Source: Macrostomum lignano (taxonomy: Eukaryota). Taken from it: a stretch of 64,000 nucleotides of DNA. The stretch is from positions 62,001 through 126,000 of the forward strand of contig NIVC01001096.1 of assembly GCA_002269645.1 (NCBI GenBank), read 5' to 3'. Position numbers and translations under genes: made by a program. The notes under the pieces are model-generated. The model was not told the origin of the DNA. It ran no database searches and saw nothing but the letters and a program-made list of their open reading frames with translations. This document shows positions 26,246 through 39,226 of the stretch, piece by piece. The first letter of the stretch is position 1. Each line of letters opens with the position of its first letter.

Positions 26246-27611
26246 CGTCCCGGAGTTTTACCTACCCTATGAAAATCAATCAGTCTTTAAGAAACCATGC
26301 ATTAAGGGATTTAATAAAAAGACTAACAATTTTGCAATAAGTGAAATTTATTAGCAACACTCCATTAAACTGGCAGGTTCATTTTCAGCATATTTACAAT
26401 CTAGGCAAGCTTATATATAGATCGCTTTATGGCAGAAAAAAATCTCAAAGCCTTTTTCGTCTTTTCTTTGGACAAGGTTCTCTAATATGGTAGAATTTAG
26501 ATATTACTGGTGCAACAAGTACAACCTTATTTAGTACTCGCTCTTCAGAGCATTGCAGATTACTTCAGAGCATTTGAAATTAAATATCAAACGCATACCA
26601 TTTGTAAGTTACAGTAAAGTACAGCAAGGTAAAGTTTTCTTGCCTTGTTAAAAGAAGGGCTTGCAAAAAAGCAATTGAATTTCAATTATTAAAGACAGAG
26701 AAAAACTGAATTGACTAATTAAAAACCAAAGCAAAGGCAGGTGAAAACAATGAGGGCTTCAAAGGAATGACGCTATGAGGAAATCGGGGACTCGATCGAC
26801 ATCAACTCGAGTCCCATTCGTCGGTTAAAACAAACAAAAAAAGTTAATTAAACAGCAGCAGTAAACACCTGCAAGATGCTCTCGTGTTAATGATGCTCAA
26901 ATTGTCAATTCCGACTTCCATATTTGGTAGCTGATAGCGGCGTGTTTATCAACAGCCGATTTCTTAATTATAGATACGATCTCAAGCAGGTAATATGGTC
27001 AATTAAGCGTCTAGCAGGTGTTTTAAGTGAATGGCTAATTGTTGTAATTATATTGGATCAAATGAATAGTTAAATTTAGGCCCAATTATAATTAGCCAAT
27101 AAACACTGAAACGCTAAGATAAAGTTACAAAGTTATTAATAGCCACATCTGCGCACTCCGAAACCGCTCAGAACGGCAAAATATTTTCATCGATTACAAA
27201 AACACGTAAGGTGGCTGTGTGTACACTGCTTAAAAAATGACATCAGAGAAAAAAGTAAAATACGATTGGCTTTTTAAAAGATGGAAACAAAAAATTCTAA
27301 CCATTAATAAATTTATGCAAATAGAATTTCGGAATCATGCATAGGCATTTTGCTTGGCGCCGCTGGCGATAAAATATTCAGCGCAGTAGAAGCTACGCGC
27401 TGTATGTAACTCAATAAAATAAGTTTGCGTGCACTCTCAGCAGTCGCCAGGTGCAATAAAAAACATTGAAGTAGTTGAGGAATCAAGGCGGTATCAGGTG
27501 CTTTAATTTTCCGATTTCAGGTTAGATTTCACGGGTTTGAAAAGGTGAGTTATCGATTTGTTCAATTTTAACCGATTTCCGATTCCATAAAGTGCAGCCT
27601 TGGACGTCTTA

Positions 27612-28282
27612 GAGTGCCATTTTTATTTGAGAAGTGCCATTTCGGGTTTAAGAAGTGCCACTTCGGGTTTTTGTTTTTAAACCATTTCGGGTTTAAGAAA
27701 TGCCACTTCGGGTTTTTGTTTTTAAACCATTTCGGGTTTAAGAAGTGCCATATCGGGCTTAAAAAGTGCCATTTCGGGTTTATCAAGTTCCATTTCGGGT
27801 TTATCAAGTTCCATTTCGGGTTTATCAAGTTCCATTTCGAGTTTTTGAAGTGTCATTTCGGGTTTAAGAAGTGCCACTTCGGGTTTTTGTTTTTAAACCA
27901 TTTCGGGTTTAAGAAGTGCCATTTCGGGCTTAAAAAGTGCCATTTCGGGTTTATCAAGTTCCATTTCGGGTTTATCAAGTTCCATTTCGGGTTTATCAAG
28001 TTTCATTTCGGGTTTATCAAGTTCCATTTCGGGTTTATCAAGTTCCATTTCGAGTTTTTGAAGTGTCATTTCGGGTTTAGGAAGTGCCGTTTCGGGTTTT
28101 TAAAGTGTCATTTCGGGTCTATGAAGTTCCATTTCGGGTTTTTGAAGTGTCATTTCGGGTTTAGGAAGTGCCGTTTCGGGTTTTTAAAGTGTCATTTCGG
28201 GTCTATGAAGTTCCATTTCGGGTTTTTGAAGTGTCATTTCGGGTTTAGGAAGTGCCGTTTCGGGCTTGAGATGTGCCATTTC
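27612..28282. repeat. 21-bp-based minisatellite immediately downstream of the PRDM1 stop (possibly in its 3' UTR)
   Basis: CCATTTCGGGTTTATCAAGTT and variants. A minus-strand AATAAA lies near 27622. Confidence 0.9.
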
Positions 28283-28381
28283 ATAGTTAAATTTTGTTAG
28301 TAAAAATTGAAAAAACATCTGAACTATTCTAGTAAACAACAGGCACAATTTGACCTCCCAGAAAACCAGTCTATCCATCTG

Positions 28382-30438
28382 CTACGACTCCATCGTCGCG
28401 GTGTCCTCGGCATCCTGAGGCGGGCTGTCTCCGCCCCCCACGATGGCTGCCAGCTCCTCGGCGAAGCCGGCGCCGAATCCAACGATGCAGCCGCCAGTGC
28501 GCCAGTGCGACCGCAGACCGCCGGCGTTCGAGTATTTTTTGCGGCACTTCGGACACTCAAACGGCTGCTCGGTGGTGTGCAGCCGCTTGTGCAGCTTGAG
28601 GTGCACGAACTGGGTGAACTTAGCTGAGCACAGCTTGCAGTTGAACGGCTTTTCGCCGCTGTGCAGCCGCATGTGGGTCTTCAGGTTGCTGGTGCTGCTG
28701 AACCGCTTGTGGCAGACGTAGCACGAGTGCGGCTTCTCGCCCGTGTGCACCAGGTTGTGCTTCTGCAGGTGCGCCAGCTGGGTGAAGCCTTTGTCGCACA
28801 GTTCGCAACGGAACGGCCGTTCGCCCGTGTGCGTCCGCAGGTGCACCTTCAGGTTGGACAGCTGGCCGAAACTCTTCAAACAGACGTGGCAGTCGTATTG
28901 CATCTTGCCGTCTTTCTTCTGCGGGGACGGATAGGGGGCCTGATGAGGCTGCTGAGGCTGCTGATGCGACTGCTGAGCTGTTGAGTCGTCTGACAATGAT
29001 GAAGACGATGGCGGATGCGCGCGCTTAGGCTGCTGAGGCGGCTGCTGCTGCTGTTGCTGGAGGTGGCGGTGCTGGTGATGTTGCGATTGCAGAGGCGGCC
29101 GAGTGGCCTGCGGTCGGGCCACAGTCGGCAGAGTCGATGCCGCTCCAGCTGAAGCTTTGGGTGCGGCGGCTGCGGCTGCAGCGGCGGCGGTGGCGGCGGC
29201 GGCGGCAGCTAGGAACGGCGATGGCAGCTGGTTGAGCAGGCGGGAAGCTGTCGAGGTGCAGCCGGGGTACAGGTGAGAGCCCGGCAGTGGCGGTGGAAGG
29301 TTCAGCGACGATGGAGGAGGAGGCGGCGGCTGGGTGTGACGCAGCATCGAAGCTGCCGCGGCCGCTGCTGAGCTGAGAAACGGAGGTGGAAGCGGCGGCG
29401 GCGGAGGAGGAATTCGACTGCCCGGATGCCAGCCAATTGAAGCCAGGTTTTGCAGAATCTGCTGCTGATGATGGTGCAGCAGGTTTTGCTGCTGCTGCTG
29501 CTGTTGCTGTTTTGGTGTCAGCTTAGTCAGGCGCTCAATGGAGAACGGCAAGGCGGCTGCAGGTGTTTTCCGTTTTGGACTGGGCGTTTCCAGCGCTAAA
29601 AGGTCAAGATGAAACTGTTTTAGCGACTAATAATAATAATAATTGATTACACCTGCCCCGATTGGGCCAGATGTGCAACCGGCAGCTCAGCCGCAGCTAT
29701 TGCGTGGCGCATTTGAAGGCTGCGTACGGCTGTTCAGTCCAAGGACTGGGGGGTCGCCACACACAGCCTCAATTACCCCAGCTAATGCTGGCACCCATTT
29801 TACAGCTGGGTGAACTGAAGCAATGCAGAGTTAAGTGTCTTGCTCAAGGACACAAACTGTTCCAGTGGGATCGGCAGAAAAAAAACCACTGACCACTAGG
29901 CTGCAGCCCCCTTACCGACTGACTTGGATTAATTTCTATGTCAAAACGCGTTAGCAAGGTAGAGATTCAGGGGTTAAGCGGCCGCTTCAGGCTTTATACG
30001 ACATTATCTCATGCTCAAAGTTTTGTTTTGAAATTTTTGAAATATTGTAAATTGCAGCAGTACCATTTGACATTAAGTGCGTTGAGCCTCACCTTTGAGC
30101 TCCATGCGCTGCAGCATCTCTGGCGCGTACCAGGCTACCAATTCACTGCCTCTGCCGATGGTGTCAGTCGTGTAAAAGTACAGCTGGCCCTGGTGCTCCG
30201 CCACCGCCAGATTGTGCCGCCCGTCGGGGCTCTGGCGCACGGCTCCCAGCCAGTTGCTGCGCCTAAGGCAGGTCACGTCGCAGTATTGACAGACTCCGCC
30301 AGGTGTCACAACCTGTGGTATGCAGGGCGGCGGCGGGGTGAGGGCACTGGACTGTAGCAGACAGACAGACAGACAGACACTATAACAGACAAACAGACAG
30401 ACAATAAAACAGACAAACAGACAGACAGACAGACACTA

Positions 30439-30499
<61 letters not shown>

Positions 30500-33400
30500 C
30501 ACAGACAGACAGACAGACAGACACACAGACAGACAGACACTCAGACAGACAGACAGACACACAGACAGACAGACACACAGACAGACAGACACACAGACAC
30601 TAAGACACTAAGACAGACAGACAGACACTAAGACAGACACACAGACAGGCAATAAAAAATACAGACAGACAGACACTAAGAAAGACACTAAGACAGAAAG
30701 ACAGACAAACCGACAGACAGACACTTAGACAGACAGACACTTAGACAGACAGACACTTAGACAGACAGACAAACAGATAAACGGCCACCAGAGCATTGAG
30801 CTCACCTTCCAGCACTTCTCAGTCGCGGTGCTGCACAGCCGCCCCTTCAACGGTCCAAACCTGGTGCCCCTGGGTATGGCGTCATTGCTCCAAACTGACT
30901 GGCTCTGCAATAGGAATCGGAGTATCCAAATGAATTATTTTAATTTTCCAATTAAAAATGTCTGAATAAAATTTCTATCGCGATGGAGCATGGAAAAGAA
31001 GAGAACACTCGACACGATTTGCAATCTCGGAGATTCGAGATACAAGAAGGGGATGGGTGAGAACAGATACAGAACTGAGAACAGTACTCATTGCCAGGCT
31101 GAATCCTCTGCTGAAGCAGAGATGTTTCATTAGAATGATGATAATATTGCAGTTTTGATTTCCCGTTTTCAAAAGCTTGCGAAGCCCCCTTTCACCTGGC
31201 GCACTTGGATAGCTATATACTGATTGATTGGATGAAAGCAAGGCTGTGACACTAACACCTCAAGTGTCTCTTACTTTTCCCTTCCCCCTACTTCCCTCAT
31301 GAGATCTATATCACTCCATGTGTTCTACTCGCTCTCTCTTTTCCAGTTTCTGTGACAAAGCAATGACTAACATCTGCTTTTACCTGCTCTTTTCTATTCT
31401 TTTCAAAAAGGTAGAGAGTCATCTTTTCTAGTTTTCCTCTCTTTATTGCGGTATTATGAGTGTTTGCAATGGTCTGTTAGGGGCCACATTCCGGTTAGTG
31501 TATTGCCTTAGTTGGAGAGTTTCATAAAGGTGGAACGATGTTCAGGGATATAGGAGAAAGTGGGGAATGAGATGACGAGAGACAGGGAGAGAAACATGGA
31601 GATATAGGGAGAGACACGGAGAGATACAGGGAGAGAGACAGGGAGAGACACAGGGAGAGAGACAGGGAGAGACACGGAGAGATACAGGGAGAGAGACAGG
31701 GAGAGACACAGGGAGAGAGACAGGGAGAGAGACAGGGAGAGACACAGGGAGAGAGACAGGGAGAGACAGGGAGAGACACAGGGAGAGAAAGGGAGAGAGA
31801 CAGGGAGAGAGACAGGGAGAGACAGGGAAAGAGACAGGGAGAGAGACATGGAGAGACAGGGAGAGACAGGGAGAGACAGGGAGAGAGACAGGGAGAGACA
31901 GGGAGAGACAGGGAGAGACAGGGAGAGAGACAGGGAGAGACACGGAGAGATACAGGGAGAGAGACAGGGAGAGACACAGGGAGAGACAGGGAGAGACAGG
32001 GAGAGAGACAGGGAGAGACAGGGAGAGGGACAGGGAGAGAGACAGAGAGAGAGACAGGGAGAGACAGGGAGAGAGACAGGGAGAGACACGGAGAGACAGG
32101 GAGAGAGACAGGGAGAAAGACATGGAGAGACAGGGAGAGACAGGGAGAGACAGGGAGAGAGACAGGGAGAGGGACAGGGAGAGACAGGGAGAGAGACAGG
32201 GAAAGAGACAGGGAGAGACAGGGAGAGAGACAGGGAGAGGGACAGGGAGAGACAGGGAGAGAGACAGGGAGAGACAGGGAGAGGGACAGGGAGAGACAGG
32301 GAGAGAGACAGGGAGAGACAGGGAGAGAGACAGGGAGAGACAGGGAGAGACACAGGGAGAGAGACAGGAAGAGGGACTGCATCTGTTGCCTTCAGCAATC
32401 TGCTAGAACAATTAAAGACTATGTCCCCTATACGCAAGTTAATTTGCCATTTAATCTACCGATATGTTGCGTAGTAGGTTTGACGGCGACTAGTTCCCAA
32501 TAAAAGAAGTCCCAATACAGAAAACTGCAAGCATTTATCCATATTAATGACATTAGGAAATAGGATCAGTCCCATCCTGCACCGCAATATCTAAGTTTAA
32601 ATTTTGATATTGAAACAAGGAAATGATTCCAGTCCGGAACCAAAAATTTTATCGCCTAAAGCGGAAAAGCAGTTCTGCTGAGCGGCATCGGGTATCTCAG
32701 TCTCAATTGCTTCTGCTCAAATTTGCTCAAAACTGCCCGTGATTCATAAGAGTCTTTGTTTGGATTTAAAATAATGAGGCCTTCCAGAAGATTTTATAGG
32801 ACCGTCTAGACAGAAATTGTGTCTCTTTTTAATAATCATAAATCAAACTACACGAAGTTGTCTAGATGATACTGCGAGTTCTGCTGCTAATGATCATTAA
32901 TGATACTGCTCATGATCATAAATCGCACTGCTCATGATCATTAATGACACTGCTCATGATCATTAATCGCACTGCTCATGATCATTAATGACACTGCTCA
33001 TGATCATTAATCGCACTGCTCATGATCATTAATAACACTGCTCATGATCATTAATGACACTGCTCATGATCATTAATCGCACTGCTCATGATCATTAATG
33101 ACACTGCTCATGATCATTAATCGCACTGCTCATGATCATTAATGACACTGCTCATGATCATAAATCGCACTGCTAATGATTATTAATGACACTGCTCATG
33201 ATCATTAATGACACTGCTAATGATCATTAATGACACTGCTAATGATCATTAATGACACTGCTAATGATCATTAATGACACTGCTCATGATCATTAATCGC
33301 ACTGCTCATGATCATTAATGACACTGCTCATGATTATTAATGACACTGCTCATGATTATTAATGACACTGCTAATGATTATTAATGACACTGCTAATGAT

Positions 33401-35679
33401 TATTAATGACACTGCTCATGATCATTAATGACACGGCTCATCACGATGCTCACATATTAGGAAAATAATGAATATTATAATGTTAAACTAAGCTAGAAAA
33501 TTATCATGCTAACAATTTCTTGGAGAAAATTACGAATTATTAAGACCAATTTTGTTTCATGAGAATTTTTTAGAAAGAAGAAAAATTGTCACACGCCTAC
33601 AAAAGGCTGCCGTTGACGCTTTCCATTATTTAGAAAAATAAGCTACAGCATCAATAGCCTCATATATCCATCTCTCAGATGCGCTCAAAACACATGGGAG
33701 GCTTGTCAAGTTGTCAAAACGATAGCTATATGCCCAACGCTTGACGCGAAGTTGCTCAATAACACAATTATTTTTACTCTTCGTGCACAAATTCTCGCAT
33801 GGGAAACTGACTGACCCGAAACTAAATGGTTGAGTTGCTTTGACTTCTGCGTCTCATAACTTAGCCGTCTGAAGGCGCCATCACTGCATGCATGCGGCAA
33901 TGGTCATTTCTGTCTGTGTCTGTCTGCCTGTCTGTCTGTCCATCTCTAGCACAAGCGGCAGCCGCTTAGTTCGAGCTGATGAAATGAAAACGGTAAAAAA
34001 CCGGCGGACCGGGGAGCACAATGGAGCGCAGGGTTGCGCACTAGACCCTCTTATAGAGAGTTGCAGAAAATGGAAAATTGAAGACATGAAGAAAAAGCGA
34101 GTTGGTCAATGGCAGTTAGAAGCAGCACCCTGCCTCTATATGTTGCTTGTTGTGTGCAACTACACTGTATAATAAACAGGAGCATGCACTACCCATGCAC
34201 CGATCTCAGTTATCGTGTGTAGGGACTGAGACCAAGTCTGTGTTCATCTAAAGCAGAATTTATAATAATAACTTTAGTAAACTCTTTAGAAGACGGGGGA
34301 AAACAGAAAAACAGCCTGATAAAAATTATTTTTAATATATATTTTTTTACTCTAAATTCTCATATTAAAGCCTTCGATGCACGAAAATTTATCAAGTTAG
34401 AGAGTTTAAATATTACATTATCCGCAAATTAACCCTGCAATTTTGTATATGTTATATTTTTTCTTAACCCCATCGTGCCATATGTTACTGTGCTCATAAA
34501 TTCATGGCAGTTTCTTTCTTCTCTTTGGTCTCACTGTTTCAGTTTCTGTCTCGTCTTTTATCGTTTGTGTAAAAAAACCGCAACACGACCCCGTTTCATT
34601 TTATAGCTTTTTCCTCTATTGTGCTCACTGTGAGGCGGCGGTGCAGCAGGACAGCACGACTCAACCGAGTGAGAACTTTACAGTGGATGCACAGACTCTG
34701 AATGCCTTCATACAACTTCTGCGTGGCATTTTGTTTCTTTTGAAAAACGTATGAAAATTTTACAAGCAATTATAAACTTTGAAAACTTGTGGGCGTTGGA
34801 GAAGTTCGAGTCTTGCGAAGTTCCGGATTTTTTAAGCTTGGAGTTTGTGAAGCTTTTCATGGGGTTTGTGAAGCTGGGGGTTTGTGAAACTTAAGAATTT
34901 TGATTAAATTTGGGGTTTGTAAAGCTAATTAGTGTTTGTGAAGCTTGGGGTTTGTGAAGCTAATTGGTGTTTGTGAAGCTAATTGGTATTTGTGAAGCTT
35001 GGGGTTTGTCAAACTAATTGGTGTTTGTGAAGCTTTGGGTTTGTGAAGCTGGGGGTTTGTCAAACTAATTGGTGTTTGTGAACCTTACGGTTTGTGAAGC
35101 TAATTGGTGTTTGTGAAGCTTGGGGTTTGTGAAGCTAATTAGTGTTTGTGAAGCTTGGTTTTTGTGAAGCTTGGGGTTTGTGAAGCTTGGGGTTTGTGAA
35201 GCTAATTGGGGTTTGTGAAGCTAATTGGGGTTTGTGAAGCTTGGTTTTTTTGAAGCTTGGTTTTTGTGAAGCTTGGTGTTTGTGAAGCTTGGGGCTTGTG
35301 AAGCTTAGTGTTTATGGAGCTATGGTGTTTGTGAAGCTTGAATTTTCAAAAGAAGTTTTGGTCTCAAATCATTTTTAAAGAACTGCACTCCATATCAGAA
35401 ACTCACCGCCCGACCACTGCTTGCCGCCGACTCTGTCGCTGCAGTGGCGCTTCGACGAACTGTGAGATTCCTTGGCAGGCCGGAGCAACCGTCAGTTGCA
35501 TCCTCAGCGCCTTCAGCTGCCTCATCCCGATTCGGCACAATGTAAGTGGCAGATTGTTGCAGATAGCTTGAATCGGCAGTATTATTGCTGCCGAAATTGG
35601 TAAAATCAGCTGTGATCTCTGGCGGCTGCTGCTGCTGCTGCTGAGGACGCCACAAAGACGCTTGAGAACTGATCAGCAT
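28382..35679 (-). CDS. PRDM1: PRDM1/Blimp-1 PR-domain zinc-finger repressor, 601 aa; exons 35679-35407, 30904-30806, 30312-30093, 29595-28382
   Basis: PR domain pieces TYIVP..LPRNL | [19 protein letters not shown] | SNWLGAV..HNL..QLYFYT..ELVAWY. Five fingers are near-identical to Blimp-1 ([49 protein letters not shown], final C2HC). GT-AG introns of phase 0, 0, 1 give 1806 nt in frame. The start is the first ATG of exon 2 (inferred). Confidence 0.95.
29633..29912 (-). mobile_element. tRNA-headed CORE-type (MIR-like) SINE in PRDM1 intron
   Basis: Minus strand: A-box-like GCCTAGTGGTC, degenerate B-box CGATCCC, then TGTGTCCTTGAGCAAGACACTTAAC..CAGTTCACCCAGCTGTAAAATGGG, which resembles the MIR CORE, ending in an (ATT)n tail. 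Confidence 0.7.
30358..30778. repeat. (CAGA)n-based microsatellite in PRDM1 intron
   Basis: Direct reading. Confidence 0.95.
31578..32368. repeat. GAGAGACAGG-type 10-12-bp purine-rich repeat
   Basis: Direct reading; source of the SLSL/PVS ORFs. Confidence 0.95.
32885..33435. repeat. 22-bp minisatellite with palindromic subunits
   Basis: Unit ATGATCATTAATGACACTGCTC (contains ATGATCAT and ATTAAT). Confidence 0.95.
34845..35338. repeat. GGGGTTTGTGAAGCTT-type repeat, PRDM1 intron on the 3' side of the first coding exon
   Basis: About 15-20-bp units with a GTTTGTGAAG core. Confidence 0.85.
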
Positions 35680-35744
35680 TTGAGTTACTATTAGTAGCTC
35701 TGTTTTCAATCTGCAACGAAAATAATCAATATTTTTACTCCATA

Positions 35745-35965
35745 GGGTTTGTGAAGATTGTGTTTTGTGAAGATTATGGTTTGTGAAGATTGGGGTTTGT
35801 AAAGATTATGGTTTGTGAAGATTGGGGTTTGTGAAGCTTGGGGTTTGTGAAGCTTGGGGTTTATGAAGCTTGGGGTTTGTGAAGATTGGGGTTTGTGAAG
35901 ATTGGGGTTTGTGAAGCTTAGGGTTTGTGAAGATTGGAGCCTGTGAAGATTGGGGTTTGGGGTTT
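35745..35965. repeat. GGGGTTTGTGAAGATT-type repeat, PRDM1 intron 1
   Basis: Same GTTTGTGAAG core as 34845-35338. Confidence 0.85.
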
Positions 35966-36126
35966 GTGAATCACTTGATGGCATACAGACTATAAAAAGC
36001 CACAGTGAAAGTTCGCATAAAGGACTGTAGGAAAAGCGCAACTAAAGCGCTGCTTTAAATCCCTGAGAACTTTCTATCTTGCCAGTGCTTCCTTTCTGCT
36101 TGAAAGCAATTAAGTGAGCAACTTAC

Positions 36127-36360
36127 CAATCAGCTTGAGATGGCCTGACGGTCTGAAGGATTCGGTGACTAGCAGTTTCAGTTAAATTATAGTTTGTCAC
36201 TAGCTATATAGGCTTTGGAGACTTTGAAGAGGGGGCGGTAAGTCTGTGAGATTGAGCACTTCTCTCATTGGTCATTGGCCCCTGTTGTGGAAATGAGCTA
36301 AGCGAAAGGCGTGGGCCGCCTCCTGTCCTCCTGAAACTGCGGACGCCTCTCATTGGCTGC
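36127..36360 (-). promoter_or_regulatory. PRDM1 core promoter and non-coding first exon
   Basis: Minus strand: CCAAT boxes (36352-36356, 36274-36278, 36267-36271), GC box (36231-36238), TATATAG (36204-36210), then an ATG-free exon ending at a consensus GTAAGT donor (36126-36121). The matching acceptor TTGCAG is at 35711. Confidence 0.7.
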
Positions 36361-36501
36361 AGGTCGGGCCGCAAAACTGGGGGCTGGGAGAAGAAACCAC
36401 CCCCCCCCCTGTGCAAGTTAAAACTTTTTCAACAGACACAAGGAAAGCAATACAATGGGAAGAGGGACTCAAGTGTCCACTGCGATGCATGATCATTGAT
36501 A

Positions 36502-38393
36502 CCGCCCCTGTGCAACTAAATCCGCCCCTGTGCAACTAAATCCGCCCCTGTGCAACTAAATCCGCCCCTGTGCAACTAAATCCGCCCCTGTGCAACTAAA
36601 TCCGCCCCTATGCAACTAAATCCGCCCCTGTGCAACTAAATCCGCCCCTGTGCAACTAAATCCGCGACTGTGCAACTAAATCCGCCCCTGTGCAACTAAA
36701 TCCGCCCCTGTGCAACTAAGTCCGCCCCTGTGCGCCTGAATCCGCCTTTGTCCGACTAAATCCGTCCTTGTGCGCCTGAATCCGCCCCTGTGCGACTAAA
36801 TCCGCCCCTATGAAACTAAATCCGCCCCTATGAAACTAAATCCGCCCCTATGAAACTAAATCTGCCCCTGTGCAACTAAATCCGCCTCTGTGCAACAGAA
36901 GCCGCCCCTGTGCAACTAAATCCGCCTCTGTGCAACTAAATCCGCCCCTGTGCAACTAAATCCGCCCCTGTGCAACTAAGTCCGCCCCTGTGCAACTAAA
37001 TCCGCCCCTGTGCAACAGAAGCCGCCCCTATGAAACTAAATCCGCCCCTATGAAACTAAATCTGCCCCTGTGCAACTAAATCCGCTTCTGTGCAACAGAA
37101 GCCGCCCCTGTGCAACTAAATCCGCCTCTGTGCAACTAAATCCGCCCCTGTGCAACTAAATCCGTCGCTGTGCGCCTGAATCCGCCCCTGTGCGACAAAA
37201 TCCGCCCCTATGAAACTAAATCCGCCCCTGTGCAACTAAATCCGCCCCTGTGCAACTAAGTCCGCCTCTGTGCAACTAAATCCGCCCCTGTGCGCCTGAA
37301 TCAGCCCCTGTGCGACTAAATCCGCCCCTGTGCAACAGAAGCCGCCCCTATGAAACTAAATCCGCCCCTGTGCAACTAAATCCGCCTCTGTGCAACAGAA
37401 GCCGCCCCTGTGCAACTAAATCCGCCTCTGTGCAACTAAATCCGCCCCTGTGCAACTAAATCCGCCCCTGTGCAACTAAGTCCGCCCCTGTGCAACTAAA
37501 TCCGCCCCTGTGCAACAGAAGCCGCCCCTATGAAACTAAATCCGCCCCTATGAAACTAAATCTGCCCCTGTGCAACTAAATCCGCTTCTGTGCAACAGAA
37601 GCCGCCCCTGTGCAACTAAATCCGCCTCTGTGCAACTAAATCCGCCCCTGTGCAACTAAATCCGTCGCTGTGCGCCTGAATCCGCCCCTGTGCGACAAAA
37701 TCCGCCCCTTTGAAACTAAATCCGCCCCTGTGCAACTAAATCCGCCCCTGTGCAACTAAGTCCGCCTCTGTGCAACTAAATCCGCCCCTGTGCGCCTGAA
37801 TCAGCCCCTGTGCAACTAAATCCGCCTCTGTGCAACTAAATCCGCCCCTGTGCAACTAAATCCGCCCCTGTGCAACTAAGTCCGCCCCTGTGCAACTAAA
37901 TCCGCCCCTGTGCAACAGAAGCCGCCCCTATGAAACTAAATCCGCCCCTGTGCAACTAAATCCGCCTCTGTGCAACAGAAGCCGCCCCTGTGCAACTAAA
38001 TCCGCCCCTGTGCGACTAAATCTGCCCCTGTGCAACTAAATCCGCCTCTGTGCAACTAAATCCGCCCCTGTGCAACTAAATCCGCCCCTGTGCAACTAAA
38101 TCCGCCCCTGTGCAACTAAATCCGCCCCTGTGCAACTAAGTCCGCCCCTGTGCGCCTGAATCCGCCTTTGTGCGACTAAATCCGCCCCTGTGCAACTAAA
38201 TCCGTCCCTGTGCGCCTGAATCAGCCCCTGTGCGACTAAATCCGCCCCTGTGCAACAGAAGCCGCCCCTGTGCAACTAAATCCGCCCCTGTGCAACTAAA
38301 TCCGCCCCTGTGCGCCTGAATCCGCCCCTGTGCGACTAAATCCGCCCCTGTGAAACTAAATCCGCCCCTGTGCAACTAAAGCCGCCCCTATGA
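36502..38393. repeat. 20-bp minisatellite, about 94 copies, most units containing CCGCCCC
   Basis: Unit TCCGCCCCTGTGCAACTAAA. An internal 500-bp duplication is marked by TCCGTCGCTG at 37161 and 37661. Confidence 0.95.
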
Positions 38394-39226
38394 AAGGTAG
38401 AGGAATTGCTGACAACAGGCACAACGAGGCACAAAATTGCAGCCTTGGTGTTTTCAGACACGCAGAGCACGACGGCCTGTTGACGATCAGGCCGACACTC
38501 GCCGCAACAGCAGCCTGCAGCTTGTCCAGTCTCTGGGCGCCCTAAACAGAGATCGTTGGCTCAGTCGTCGACCCACGCGTCGCCGCAGCAGAAAGCCGTT
38601 GAAGTTGGTATAGGAACGAACAGGAACGGCGCGAACGTAAACTCTCTGAAGCGCTTCAGAGGATGTCTCGATAAAGTCATGTTGTATGCGTAGATCACTT
38701 TTGGGAGCACGCGGACCTAATGACCGAGTCGAACAACCATTAATCTTCACCCTCGGTGCTCCTCTTGCCTTATGCGTGCCCGGTGTTAGGGTTTCTGCTC
38801 TCCGGAGTTAAGGATCTCCGGCCCGGCGATCCAACCAAAAAAATTACGCGATTTTACAATCGCCCTCACGGATATCAGGAACCATGACATAAGATAAGGT
38901 TACAGATCGCCGCCATGCTAGACTCTCCGGAGTATTATTATCTTAGAAAATTGGAAGATAAAAGATAAATTACGTTTCTCTGATTCTAGAAAGCCCAGCT
39001 CGTGAGCAGCCTATAGCTTGCGCAACTTTTTCGATGAGTTCATCCATCTAGTACATCGTACATTTGCATGCCCTGTGAGGGCTAAATTTAGGGTTGGCCA
39101 GACTTGTGCATCATTTTTCGTCTCTGTGCATTTGTCGAGGGATTTGATTGTCATATATAAGCAGTGAAATAAAACATATTGTGAGTAATTGTCTGTTTGC
39201 GGTTATCTTTACTTTCTACTTGTCAA

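Noticed and set aside
25344-26340. ORFs (PESLTCHQIT)n, (SPLSLSPVIK)n, (GERLRGDLMT)n
   Set aside because: Three frames are open across one 30-bp repeat, the signature of a non-coding array.
26740-27120. Cluster of Sox/TCF/E-box/TAAT motifs as a putative Blimp-1 3' enhancer
   Set aside because: Short motifs are expected by chance; this needs conservation or chromatin data.
30313-30353. In-frame upstream acceptor that would add 13 aa to the PRDM1 PR domain
   Set aside because: The acceptor at 30313 gives WK|VVTPGG colinear with the PR-domain consensus, while the extension would insert Pro-rich residues into the fold.
38480-38750. GC-rich ORF-like segment beside the 20-bp array
   Set aside because: No recognisable domain or splice context in any frame.
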